Shown in pieces: positions 24,585-38,180 of a DNA stretch of 64,000 nucleotides. A program made the translations under genes and the position numbers. The stretch lies in contig OX597815.1 of assembly GCA_951406725.2 (NCBI GenBank), positions 42,408,001 to 42,472,000 of the forward strand. The letters run 5' to 3'. Every line of letters begins with the position of its first letter. Positions within the stretch are counted from its first letter, which is position 1. The notes below the pieces were generated by a model, which saw only the letters and a list, made by a program, of their open reading frames with translations, made no database searches and was not told the origin of the DNA. Origin of the DNA: Octopus vulgaris (taxonomy: Eukaryota).

Positions 24585-27432
24585 GTTTTTTCAAGTGCTT
24601 CACCCTTATTGCAGCCCCTATTTGTTCCACGTACTTCTCAAGATTTTTCTCACTGTTCCAAGGGCTCCGACGATTATTCTTACTACTGCTACCTTTTTCG
24701 TCGAACACATTTGCTTAACTTCCCAAGCTAACCTGTCATATCTCTCGACATTTCTTTCTTTCTTATCGCATACCTTGTTGTCATCTGGGCATGCTATATC
24801 TATCCAGCATAGTTTGTTTTCTTTCTCTATGCCCGGCTTCCTATTCATGGTCGCACTGAATCATAAAATCCTATACGATCTTTGTATTTCTATTTTCGTC
24901 AATGCCTTCAGGTTTGTGATCGTACCAAGTTTTTGTTCTGTCAAGGGCATACTTGTTGCAAATCTCCAATGGACAAGCCTGGCTATATTGTCGTGACGTC
25001 TCTTATATTCCTTCTGGGCTAGTGGCATACATTGGCTGGTAGTATGCCATACGGTTTCACCGTTTTGTCCACAGATTCTACAATTATCACTTTCTGGTGT
25101 GCTGTCTATTCTGTATTTTATGTAGTTTGTTCTTAGTGCTTACTCTTGGACAACACAGATTAGAGCCTCCTTTTCCGGTTTTAAATCACTTTTAGTCACC
25201 CACAGCCATCTTTTTTTATCTGTCTGTCTTATCTTCAACATCCCTATGAAATTGGACAATGCATTCTTTTCTTTACCCACCTATTTTCAGTTTCATTAGT
25301 TTTCAATTTCTTGTATAGTGCTTTATCTTTGAAATCTTTCATCCTACACAAGCCTGACCTTCATACTTCTAGTATTAGTAGTTCTGTGGCATTTTTCCAT
25401 ACCATGCTATGTTGTTTTCTTCTGCTCTAATACTGTGTTCGCATCTAATAAGTCCTCTTCCCCCTATTTTTCTTGGTACATACAGTCTGTCTGTGTCACT
25501 TTTTGGGTGGAGTGACCCATAGCAGCTTCCCTGTCTTTCTGTCTAAGCTCTTTAGTTAATCTACTGTCCATGCGATTACCCCTGCTCCATTGCTCCATAT
25601 CTAAGGAGTGAAACCGCCCAGGTGTTGATAGCTTCGATCTTATTCCGTCTGTTTAATTTCGACTTAAGGATCAGTCGCAGTCTGCGCAAGAACTCCACCT
25701 TAATTTTTTCTGTCATTTCTTTCTCCATCAATTTATCCATTTCCAAAATCCCGTCTCTTCTATCTGCTTCATAAACTCCCATGACGGTATCGTTAGACCA
25801 TCCATATTTTGATTTTGCCTCTCTTCAATACTAACACACCACACATTCTCAGTCCAAACGCCATTCTGATATCAGCACTGAAAGTATATACCGTATCAAA
25901 GAGGGAACTGACTTGGGCTTCATCATTACCATAAAGTTTGAGGTCATCCATGAATAACAAATAGTTGACTTTTTGTTGGCGGCTTTTGAATACATACCCA
26001 GTTTTTGCTTTCCTCAGAATCAGTGTCAGTGGTATCAAGCACAGTACAAAGATCAGTGGGGACAGGCAGTCCCCTTGGAATATGCCCCTCCTAATTTCTA
26101 CTGTCCCTAAACTTCTTCCGTATGCTGTCAGGTCCGTCCTCCAATTTGCCATACATTTTTCAAGAAATCGCTCAACATTCGATACAATACCAAATAGGTT
26201 CATACATTTCATTATCCAAGAATGTGGGATCATATCGTACGCCTTACGGTAGTCGATCCATGACATGGCTAAGTTACTTTTCCTCTTCTTGCAGTCTCTG
26301 AGTACAGTTTTATCTACCAGGAGTTGATCTTTGGTACCTCTGCACTTACGCTTGCAACCCTTCTGCTCATGTGGCAGGACTCCATTTTTCTCGATGTTCG
26401 TAACTTCCACATAAGTGGCAAACAGTATATAGGCCTGTAATTGTCTACCGTATTGCCTTTTTCGATGTTGTTCATGCACAGCGCTGTCCTACCCAATGTC
26501 AACCACTCTGGTATTGCTTGGTCGGCATTTAACAAGGTGTTGAGTTTGCGCAGCTATTCGTGCATGACATTCACCAAATCTTTTGATCCAGTAGCCTTGA
26601 ACTACATCTGGTCCCGGGACCTTCCAGTTGCTTATTTGTTTGCTGATTTCCTTCATTTCCCTAAATGAAATAAGTTCTGCCTGTTTTGGACAGACAACTG
26701 TTTGTTTCAGTTCTTACAACCATTCAGCATCCTTCTTGCGCTCCTTGCATTTGCTCCAGATGTCACTCCAAAACCTTTACTACAGCGCCCTGTATTTTTG
26801 TTCGCTTTTAAGCTCCCCTTTCTCTTTTCGGTCTAACACAGAGATTTCCATCGCGATCACGTCTACCCTGCCTAAATTCTTCTTTTCCACCATGGATCTT
26901 TTCTTTTGTCATTCCTATTGTGTTTCTTTCTCTTGACACCGACACCCACATTTTCTGCTACAACAATACTTGCTGCCTTGATCAAATTATTTGCTTCTGT
27001 GATGTTGTTTGTTCGGATGTATTTCAGAATTTCATTGACATTTTTCGTTTCTTGGTTCAATTTCCATCGATCAACCTTTTTAAAGTTGCAAATAATATCG
27101 CTATCATTCTCCTGTAGTCTTACCTTTATTCTGTCTTAGAGTGCCTTTTACTTAGCTGCGTGTCGCTATTATTTGTATCGTCTTCTTTTGGATCATCTAT
27201 ATGTCTCTCATCAAGTAAACTACCACTGCTCCTTTCCTGTGCTATGAGATTACTTTTATTAATAAGAACTGTATTTTCATTCTTATCTATGCTGCTATTG
27301 TCCATGACCCGTCTTTTGATAGCTTCGAGCTCTACTTCTGTGAACCAACAATTTTTTCTTATTGCTCCAGCTTGATCACATAGTCTCTGTTCTTTTTCTA
27401 TCCAATGATCATACATACGTTGTCGGTAACCC
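24584..27432 (-). mobile_element. R4/Dong-type RLE non-LTR retrotransposon, nearly complete ORF, pseudogenised
   Basis: N-terminal GYRQRMYDHW..EQRLCDQ..IRKNCWFTEVELE; RT motifs [28 protein letters not shown]; CCHC finger CRICG..ETVWH...C followed by RRHDNIA; RLE region NRKPGI...WIDIACP...IIVGALG. Multiple frameshifts. Confidence 0.95.
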
Positions 27433-27494
27433 TTAATTATTATTATTATTATTATTCCTCCTCCTCCTCCTCCTCCTCCTCCTACTACTACTAC

Positions 27495-27543
<49 letters not shown>

Positions 27544-28093
27544 GAGTGAGAGAGCAGTGCATGTCATCAAAGTTACACTGGGGTTAAATATACGAAGCCC
27601 AGTATACCCATCATGACTACCTGTCTGATAAGGGTATACCAGGCACATGCATCACAACCATATGTGCGCGACATGATGACCTCATCAAGATAAACAATAC
27701 AGACCTTGCAGGTGGGGCCCAGTTAGAATTTTCTTCAGGTCGAGTAGCCCATCCAACTCAAATGGTCCTTGAATAAGGGTTGTTTGTTTAAGGTTGTTGA
27801 ACGAAACACACCTGTTTCCAGAGGTGAATTATTCAAACCCCGAAGATTTCCTCTCAACACATGATAATTCCACTCTACTTCTGCTCGTGATCAGAGATGC
27901 ACATATGGTCAAACACCAAGGGACATGCTCAACTGGTTAAGGTCAAACAACTGACAAACAAATCTGTGGTATTAAGCAGAATATTTGCTGTTGCTCACCT
28001 TTTATACCAAGGCAAAACAATGTACATGATAAGACTTCCAATCAATTAAGATCAGGAACCATGAGAGCCAATGCCTGGTACTGCAACAGGGTA
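27544..28093 (-). mobile_element. ~550-bp non-coding element embedded in (TAA)n, copy 1
   Basis: Colinear with 43497-44052 end to end; (ATT)n/(ATC)n arrays on both sides; strand inferred from the TAA tail orientation shared with the R4 copies. Confidence 0.85.
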
Positions 28094-28118
28094 ATTATCA
28101 TCATCATCATCATCATCA

Positions 28119-28161
<43 letters not shown>

Positions 28162-28184
28162 CATCATCATCATCATCATCATCA

Positions 28185-28253
<69 letters not shown>

Positions 28254-28254
28254 T

Positions 28255-28322
<68 letters not shown>

Positions 28323-28330
28323 CATTATCA

Positions 28331-28419
<89 letters not shown>

Positions 28420-28420
28420 T
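28094..28420. repeat. (ATT)n/(ATC)n compound microsatellite
   Basis: Direct inspection. Confidence 0.98.
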
Positions 28421-28895
28421 ATGGTTTCTTTTCATTGTAACTTTATTTCAGCTTCCTTAGTTCCGGGTATCCTCCGGAGGCCAAGAGTAGCAAGGGCACT
28501 TTTGTTTTGTTATGCATGCTAAAATTATTGCCACGTTTATTCCATTTTAGATGGAGAATGCTTTCCATAGTATATGGGCTGTACCCATCAAGGTTATCTT
28601 TTGTAGTTCACGGAGATTGGAATTACCAGGGAGTTACTTAATATACTTTTCAGCTCCCTTCTTTATCATTCCCAACGCACCAACAACTACTGGTATTTTT
28701 GTGATTTCAATTTGCAGATCTTTATAGTGAGAAAGCTTTTCGTATTCTTTTCTAGAGACATTTTGATCTTGTGGTACAGACACATCTATTAACAGACAAG
28801 TTCCTCTGTTGTAGTCCTTGATCACAATGTCTGGTCGGGTGGAGTCAATTTTTCTGTCTGTTTGTATTGAGCAGTTCCAAAGGATGGTGACGCCA
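28421..28895 (-). mobile_element. 5'-truncated R4/Dong LINE (RLE domain plus 3' UTR)
   Basis: VTILWNCSIQTDRKIDSTRPDIVIKD...LLIDVSVP..NVSRKEYEKLSHYKDL...PVVVGALG; the 3' end runs into (TAA)n. Confidence 0.92.
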
Positions 28896-29024
28896 TTCTT
28901 CTTCTTCTTCTTCTTCTTCTTCTTCTTCTTCTTCTTCTTCTTCTTCTTCTTCTTCTTCTTCTTCTTCTTCTTCTTCTTCTTCTGGTTGCTGCTGCTGCTG
29001 CTGCTATTGTTGTTGCTGTTGTTG

Positions 29025-29108
<84 letters not shown>
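28896..29108. repeat. (TTC)n-(GCT)n-(GTT)n-(ATT)n compound microsatellite
   Basis: Direct inspection. Confidence 0.97.
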
Positions 29109-29109
<1 letters not shown>

Positions 29110-29111
29110 GA

Positions 29112-29560
29112 AGGCGGCGAGATGGCAGAATCGTTAGCACGCCGGGCAAAATGCTTAGCGACATTTCGCAAGTCCTTACGTTCTGAGTTCAAATTCCGCC
29201 GAGGTCGACTTTAACTTTCATCCTTTCAGGGTCGATAAATTAAGTACCAGTCAAGTACTGGGGTCAATGTGATCGATTTACCTCTTCTTCCCCAAATTTC
29301 AGGTCTTATGCCTACAATAGAAAGGATTATTATTATTATTAATATTTAGACGGTCAGCTGACAGAATCGTTTGTATGCCGGGCAAAATGCTTAGCGGCAT
29401 TACGTCCGTCTCTATGTTCTGAGTTTCAATTTCGCCGAGGTCGACTTTGTCTTTCATACTTTCGGAGTCGATAAAATAAGTACCAGTTGAACACTGGGGT
29501 CGATGTAATCGACTTACTCCCTCCCATGAATTTTCAGGTTACGTGCCTATAGTAGAAAGT
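29112..29560 (+). mobile_element. Two tandem SINE family A monomers
   Basis: Heads at ~29112 and ~29349, each with B box and core; separated by (ATT)n. Confidence 0.88.
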
Positions 29561-30065
29561 GTTGTTGCTGTTGTCGGATGTTGTAGTTTCCCTATTTATG
29601 ACGACTATATCTTTAGAATGTTTTGCTAATTATCCTCATATCAGTCATGGCTGTGCTAATTAATCTAAACTTTCAGCTGGAAATAAATTCCATTAATGAA
29701 CCTTTAATGTAACGTACATTACATGTTTGGCTAAACATCATGTACCTTGATCAATTTTTAATTTCGTTTCATTATTAATATTATAGGCTTGTGAATGACT
29801 GTTCTGTGGTTTTAAGTGACACAGATATATAGAAATTTGGTTTACATGTTGCAATTCTACACATCTGTTACCATATTTCTGTTGAAACCCACCGCCTCTG
29901 ATTTAATAACTTTTGAAAATAATGACAAATTTAGTAAAATAATTTTGTCATTATTAAATTACTGTTGGAAATATAAATTAACATGAAATTTCGAGAAAAG
30001 CAGGAAGATTGTACCTTTGAATAAGAGGCAGCCTCAAGCGGGTTGTTATCAAAAGTATTAAGTTG

Positions 30066-30220
30066 ACGACGGGCTTGTTTCAGTTTTTGTCTACCACATC
30101 AACTCACAAGGCTTTGGTTGCTCGAAGGCTACAGTAGAAGACACTTGCTCAAGGTACAATGCAGTGGGACTGACTCCAAAACCATGTGGCTGGGAAGCAA
30201 GCTTCTTTGTCACACAACCA
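30066..30220 (-). mobile_element. SINE family B 5' part
   Basis: cgacgggcttgtttcagttt...gacacttgctcaagg...gcagtgggactga...gggaagcaagcttc. Confidence 0.8.
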
Positions 30221-30257
30221 TATATATACTACAGAAGTAGCAGCAAGCCAATGAAAA

Positions 30258-30343
<86 letters not shown>

Positions 30344-30707
30344 ATACACGCGCATATTACAAAACTGGAACTGGGAACATTTTTGGGTATTGTTTATTCA
30401 CCATTACACATTTCATTTGCTAACAAGAATTACAAAGTTTTACATTTTAGATAAACATGTAAGAAATTGCCTATTAGAAATTCTTCTAACAGTATTATAA
30501 ATGGTGAATGAGTAATGCGAAAAAAAAAAAACAACAACAACGACAAAACTTTCCAACATCCTGTTTTGCTATATAATAACCCTGCAAGCGATATTTCCAT
30601 AATTTTACGTCAATGTAACAACTACAGCATTTACATACTGGGCTGTAATACTGAAATAAGCAATTATACGTAAAAAAGACGCAGCTTGGATTTTACCTTA
30701 GCTACAT

Positions 30708-30775
<68 letters not shown>

Positions 30776-30863
30776 AAGCTATTCAGCATGGTCTGTCTAT
30801 AGCACTTATTCAGCATTACCTGACACCTTTGGGTTTCAATGACACCATTACCTCTTATAACCT

Positions 30864-30903
<40 letters not shown>

Positions 30904-31093
30904 AATGCAATTATCGCTCAGCACTCGTTGAGTATATAACAAATGATAGAGACGGAAAATGGAATACACCAGCTGTACAGTATCGCACTCGCGTGAGGTC
31001 GATGCAGGATGTGCCGAAACGATCGTTGTGAGCAATAAAGTTTCTCCTATATTCTATTTTTCGTCTCTATCATTTGTTATACATATACACATA

Positions 31094-31178
<85 letters not shown>

Positions 31179-31202
31179 TGTATGTATGTATGTATATGCA
31201 TG

Positions 31203-31290
<88 letters not shown>

Positions 31291-31654
31291 GAGATATTTC
31301 GAGTGGATACCGTATTAGCTCTCAGAGATGTTCTAGTTAATGGTTAACTACAACGAGCAGTATCTACCGTCTGTAACTACAATTAGTTGTTAGACAATCC
31401 GCGAATTCTTTTGATGGGTAACTCCGTGTACTCTTCGCTGGACGGTAAAAATTGCCTGGAGTATATATTAACATTTATAATAATAAAGAGTATGAAGATT
31501 TGTACATCCACAAAATATATATTTAAGGTTATATGCAGCATATTATAATGACCTACACGTGTTTCCGCTGCAGCGATTACTCACTGTTGCAAATGCACTG
31601 ACAATATTGCAAGTTTGCAATATTGTTGCATAATTGCCCCTCTCAAATTTCAAT

Positions 31655-31872
31655 TAATCCTTTCTATTATAGGAACAAAGCCAGTTATTTGGTGGAAGGG
31701 GACTAGTCGATTACATTGATCTCAGTGCTTAACTAGTATTTATTTCATCGATTCCGCAAGAATAAAAAGTAAAATCGACCTCGGCGGAATTTGAATGCAG
31801 AAGGTAAAAACAGACGAAAGGCCGATAAACATTTTGTCCGATGTGCTAAATATTTCTGCCAACTCACCGCTC
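31655..31872 (-). mobile_element. SINE family A, diverged
   Basis: tcgacctcggcggaatttgaa...tctgccaactcaccgc. Confidence 0.8.
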
Positions 31873-32612
31873 TATAGACTTTAAATCGCATTACGGATGA
31901 TGTTTTCCATCCAAGAAGAAGAGAGGCCCACTCAATGGTTCACTTCCACAGTTTCTGTTCCCAGTTTCCATCACAAGATTACAGTAAAAGACACTTGTTC
32001 ACAAAGTCACATGATTTCAAAGCAAATATCTTAAGCATCTTTCCACGCCCATTTCCGTCACATAAAAAGCAGACATATTCTTGAAACTATTTCCATATTT
32101 CTTGCGAGAAATATAAAAAGATGTGACGTAACTGCTACTATGAGGAATTTTACCAGCTTAGATGTATTGAAATGAATTCTATTAGGAACCTAAAATAGGT
32201 CTTCCTACAGAAGACTCCACATGTATAGGCTAAAAATGACATTTTTTTAGGGATCACTAGTAGTGTAAGCTTAATAATAATTTTGAGGAAAGATTCGCTG
32301 TAAAACTGAAATCTGGTCGCAAAAATATTAAAAAAAAAAAAAGATGCTTATAGTTGTAACGCCTTTCATTGCAGGTCTGCGAAATTAAGGCTCATCTGAA
32401 AGTAACAACTGGAAAATATTGTATTTCTTCTAAGTATGCAAATATAGTTTTTATTAGAGAGTAGCGTTAAATGATTTTTATCAAATGATTTAATGCAAAG
32501 GGAGTGGCGCTAGTTGTAGTTTTCCCTTGAATAAGAGATCAAGGAAAACTTACTGAGGTTAATCCTGTTCAAAATGCCGCACGTACGTCAGTGATAGAAA
32601 TAAAACATGAAC

Positions 32613-32672
<60 letters not shown>

Positions 32673-32886
32673 AGGGGTATAAAAGGAGCGAGAGAGTAGA
32701 GAGGGTGAGAGAGAGAGAAGAAGAAAGACAGGGGGAAGAGTGTGTGTATGTGTGAGAAAGAGACAGAGTGTGTGTGTGTGTGAGAGAGAGAGAAAGAGAC
32801 AAAAAAGAGAGGGAATGAGAGGGGGTATAAAAAGAGCGAGAGAGAGAAGTAGAGAGGGGGAGAGAGAGAAGAGAGACAGGGGAAGA

Positions 32887-32917
<31 letters not shown>

Positions 32918-33919
32918 TGAGGGGGACCTAGACTGTTGAAATTGCAAGTAAAACTGATTGAAAAATCATTTAGAGATATGTTTATGGAATATATGGAATG
33001 TGTTTAGAAGGTGGTACATCTAAGTATATACTACACCATAATTCATATTATAAACCAAGCTTATTCTTCAAATACATCAATCAGATAGGATTCCGTCGGC
33101 AAACTTCCAGAGCATGTATGCAACAACAATACCACATGATTGTTTTCAGAATGTTAACAAATTGTTGTCGACAATCTTTGAAAACTTTTCTTGGTCACAA
33201 TTTTATATTCATTAAAGTGTGTGTATTTTCTCTCTCTATTGACTTGACATGCAGTTTGCCAAGAAACAGCATGTTCCCATTTCTATTAGAAATTGTAAAA
33301 TATAGAGTATAGAGAAGAAGTAAGTCAGAATTCAATATATTGAACAGGAAAATAACATAAGATTAGAGAGGTATGATCTCTGCCAAAGATTTACTTCAGC
33401 TATGTTATTAAAAATAAATAGGAAAGAGAAATGAAATGATGTCCTTCAATTCAATCCACTGCAAATGTACAATTATATATATATACATGATTGGTAGTTT
33501 TCTTCACTACTCAGTATTCAAGCTGTCTTTCACTCATACATATAAACGAATTTATATATATATATATAAGTGCACACACACATTCACGTATACAGTATTC
33601 CCCCATCTCTGTCTCTTATGTACATGTGCATGTGTGCGTGTGTGTGCATGCGAGGAACTGCTTGCGCACATAGGCAAAGACACACACACGCGCGCACACA
33701 CACACACACGCACACAAATTTTTATATGATCCGCGTGTTTGTGAGGAAAAATGGTTTTATAGAAACTGAATAATATATTACTTTACTAGTAAATCATTTC
33801 TAAGAAGATCAACATGACAAAGACAGTTTTATTTATTAAGTTGTAAACTAATATATAATGCATAATGTGTGTGTATACATACATACATACATGCATACAT
33901 ACATACATACATACATACA

Positions 33920-33991
<72 letters not shown>

Positions 33992-34008
33992 TATATATAC
34001 ATATATAC

Positions 34009-34041
<33 letters not shown>

Positions 34042-34330
34042 TCTCCCTCTCTCTATCTATCTATATATATATATACATACATGTATGCATATATATGTAT
34101 ATGTATGTAATGACTTACAGTACATTAGAACTATTTCCTTTACTTAAAATGTGTCTAAGAGTAGACATTCAGACGAATCCTAAGTGATGGAAACAGGACA
34201 AGTCATAGAAAACTCACTGTCTTAATTAATAAATATATTCCTTCTTCTTTATCGTGAATACATTGTCGTCTAGCCTCTTTTTTTATTCGGGAAGACATAA
34301 GACAATATTATATCGATATATATATAAAGT

Positions 34331-35169
34331 CATGGTCTGATCAATAAGTATCCGGACTGTTGCCATAGTAACAAAGTTAAAGCATGAAGGGTAAAGCTGC
34401 TTGGCACAGATTCACCTTAAACTCTGCTGTGCATGTGAACTAAGTTTTAACGTTCTAGCTCACTTCCGATGATTACTGTGGTGTTTGGAAGGAACGTGTG
34501 TAGCGTGGGATAGTCGCATTGTCCATGACAGGGAATGTTGAGCAGACAATCTGCATTAAATTTTGCCAAAAGCCTGGCGATACCTGCTCAGAGGCTACTT
34601 TTCTAAAAGTCTTCATCAAGGAGATCTTGAGCAACTGAAACCCGAGCGTGTTTTTGGTCAGCTGAAAGCAATTTTGGCACAAGCTTGGCAGATACGCGTC
34701 TTATACTGAACTCTAGACTGAACTCTAACTAATCTGCACATCCTCTGAGGATTCGACGATTTCCCCTCTCAGCTGCACGCACTTCTGCGATGTTTTTCTC
34801 AGTTCTGCTGGTTGCGGGTCTCTCAGAACGTTCGTCAATATCGACTTTTTACGGCCATCTTGGAAACGTCTGAACTACTCGTATACTTGTGTGCGACTCA
34901 TAACCTCTTCTCCATACACTTTCTGCAACTTTGCATAGGCCTCTGGGTAGATATCACCATGACTTTCCCTGTCATGGACAATGCAACGATCACACGCTAC
35001 AGACGTTCCTTCCAAGTACTGCTGTAAACAGCAGAAGTGAGCAAGAACGTTAAAACTTCGCGTGCATGCACAGATGAGTTCAAAGTCAATATGTGACAAG
35101 CTACTTTACTTTGCGTGGTCTAGCTTCGTTACTATAGCAATTGTCCGGATACTTATTGATCATACCTAG
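34331..35169. mobile_element. Non-autonomous mariner derivative built from two inward-facing 5' ends
   Basis: TIRs ggtctgatcaataagtatccggac / gtccggatacttattgatcatacc; left arm encodes MTGNVEQTICIKFCQK, right arm (minus) encodes YAKLQKVYGEEVMSRTQVYE*FRRFQDGR (mariner HTH). Confidence 0.88.
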
Positions 35170-35226
35170 TATATGTATATATATATATATATATACATAT
35201 ACGAGATCTGATGAAAACACACACAC

Positions 35227-35268
<42 letters not shown>

Positions 35269-35311
35269 GCATACATAAATATGTTTTCAAAGGTGAATAA
35301 GCATCGACAGT

Positions 35312-35386
35312 TAGCAAGCCAAGCTACTCCTGACTGATGAAGAGCAATAACTCTGAAACTAGACTCTAGATATTGGCTTTGCTGGA
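35312..35386 (+). ncRNA. Minimal type-I hammerhead ribozyme motif (partly decayed)
   Basis: CTGATGA (35334-40), agag(caataa)ctct, GAAA, ctagacTC; outer arms agcaagccaa / ttggctttgct are complementary. Confidence 0.6.
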
Positions 35387-35954
35387 TGGAGTTGCTTATC
35401 TCCCCTGTTTGAAAACATAAGGACACAGTACTCTTGTGTCACATGGCCAACTGGAAACGGTGTTTCCTGGGGCTAGATAGCAGTAGCATTCTTTCTTTTC
35501 CTAGGATTACGACATTTAGTTGGCAACAAACCATCACTTTATACATGCAGTAATAACGAAAACAGAATTAAAAGATACATATAAACTACCATGCGCATAC
35601 ATATATAACTAATTTAAACAGACAATTTAATATGCATTTATAAGGTTTGTATATAAGTTATAAAGCTACAACTTCCGAAGATATAAATAATTCCAGAGAC
35701 TCACAAATGTAACAATAAATATAAAATCACACCGTTTAGAAGTCAAGGCACAAAAATAGAAATCATTATGTTAATCCATACTTATATATAAGGGTAAGTG
35801 AGCCCAAGGATACATCAAGGCAGGTTCATTCATCTTATTAGCGAGGATTAATTCCAAAGAAATCCCCACAAGAAGCACATCTATAATGCAAAACACCTTT
35901 AATAAAAAGAAACAAGTTTTCCATATATTCATATGCAGACGCATATATATCTTT

Positions 35955-36652
35955 TATCTTTTACTTGATTCAGTCATTAGACCGCGGTCATTCTGGGGCA
36001 CGGCCTTGAAGAACTTTTCAGTCAAGAGAAACGATCCGACCACTACTTTTCGTATCAGGAAAATTGCTCGAGAACAATTGTTTGAAAACAATTATTCGAA
36101 AACAATTATTCGAAAAACAGTTATTCGAAATAAATATCATTTATGTACTTGATTTTCAACTTTATCCCTTTTGTTTAAATAAAATAAAAAAATTAGAATA
36201 ATTAACATTTCGTATAATTGTCCTTTTGAATAATCTTCATTCATACAATTTTCCAAACGAATAAATGTTTTTCGAAAAATTGTTTTCGAATAATTGTTTT
36301 CCAGCAATTATTTTCGAACAATGTTCACATAATCGTACTTTTGGGGAGGGTCGGTTGTTACCTATTCTATCGGTTATTTTTGCCGAACGCTAGGTTACGG
36401 GGAAGTAAACACACCAGCACCGGTTGTCAAGCGGTGATGGCGGGACAATCACAGACACAAACACACGCACACGCATTGCGCGCGCAGATATAGATGACCG
36501 GCTTCTTTCAGTTTTTGTCTACGAGTCCACTCACAATCTCTTGGTCGGCTCGAAGCTATTGTAGATGATACTTGCACAAGGTACCACGCAGTGGGACTGA
36601 ACTCGGAAATATGCGATTGGAAAGCAAGCTTCTCAAACACACAACCATTCCT
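35955..36652 (-). mobile_element. SINE family B, full length, interrupted by a MITE
   Basis: Tail (cagtcattagaccgcggtca) at ~35970 through head (gcagtgggactgaactcgga...aagcaagcttc) at ~36590-36650. Confidence 0.85.
36051..36335. mobile_element. Foldback-type MITE with modular TIRs
   Basis: Arms made of repeated gaaaacaattattc units in inverted orientation; tactttt duplicated at 36044-36050 and 36336-36342. Confidence 0.7.
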
Positions 36653-37654
36653 ATGTATGTACATATATAAAATTTAATAGAAAGGACATAGAAAATTAGG
36701 GCACAGAATGACAAAATAATATGGTGAAACTAACTTATAGATTAAATAATCTAAGTGTCTAGTTATAAACAATTGTATACCAAATGAAAGAAAGCAACTG
36801 AATAGGAAGTTGCCAAGCAACATGGACTGTTAGAAAATACTTAACGTAACTATAATTAAAATAATAAGATAAATTCATTCAGGATGTTAGAAAAAACATA
36901 ACCAAAGATACTTATATTGATCCATTCACAAATAAGAACACCAAGAAAAGATTATGAAAATACGTAAGAAAGATTGGTGGAAACAGTAAAAGATTGAGAT
37001 TGAGAATAAAAATTGAAAATTGAAACCCAAATCAAATAATACTAATAATTCAATGTCAGAGAAAATAAGAAAAAATGTAAAAGTAAAGTAATATGAAATA
37101 ATAAAGACACGTTGCATTCATAAATAAGACAATATCAATATATAATACAACGTGTCGTCGTAGATATCATAAAATATAGGTGTTTTAAGCTAAGATAAGG
37201 TAGAATAAAATTACGTGAAAAGAAGAGACAGTTAATTTAGGAAAATCAAGAATTATGTGACATGCAAGTGGGTGCAGTAATGCTGGATTCGAGAATATTT
37301 GAAGTGTTAATAATAAATATAGAAACCAATAATTGTAAACAAAAGCAAAAAAGAAGTTAGATCTAGTATGTCAATCATGATAGCTGAGTCGTAATGTAAG
37401 GAAGCTTTAAGAATCTTGTGCTTTTGTGATGTGATTCTTTTGGATATTTTTATTTAGTGAAGGCACCTTAGCGAAAACAAATTTCAAGAACATGAATTAT
37501 ACAGGATATTTTGTTTCTAGCATATGGTTGAGCTTCATTTTAGAATGTTCTATTTAAAGTACAAATGACATGCTACATTCAATTTCCAAATATAATAGCA
37601 TAAAGAAGTAGTATTTCTTCTTTCGAGGTTCAGAAAGGAGCACCTTTTATCAAC

Positions 37655-37872
37655 TACTTGTTTCAGTAATTGGACTGCAGCCATGCTGGCTTCCACCTTG
37701 AAGAGTTTTAGTCAAACAAATCGACTCTGGCACTTACGTTTCTTGTTTTTTAATTACTTATTTATATCTGTTTCTTTGGCTGAACCACTAAGTTATGGGA
37801 ATGCAAACAAACCAACACCAGTTGTCGAACGGTGTTTAGGGATGACAAACACGAACACACCGTATATGTATG

Positions 37873-37908
<36 letters not shown>

Positions 37909-38180
37909 TAAATATATAAGAGAGTGGTCACTATGTGGCTCACTCTAGCACTAGAAATAGATCCAATAGGTTTCAACCACAAAATATGTTTCCCATGAAA
38001 GCCAATTATAATTATACTATATATATATATATACGATGGGATTCTACACAATTTCCGTCTACCAGATTCATTTTCAAGCCATGAATCGGTTCGGGACGAT
38101 ACTTGCCCAAAATGCCGTGCAGTGGGACTAATGTCGAAACCCCGTGGTGGCTTTCAAAGCGAGCATTTTAACCATACAGT
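37655..38180 (-). mobile_element. SINE family B with internal insertion
   Basis: Tail at 37655-37860, head at 38030-38180. Confidence 0.7.

Noticed and set aside
25793-26479. 228-aa RT ORF as an active or domesticated gene
   Set aside because: Flanked by frameshifts and stops; one fragment of a dead LINE.
27610-27650. ctgataag in the 550-bp element as a hammerhead core
   Set aside because: No stem II followed by GAAA.
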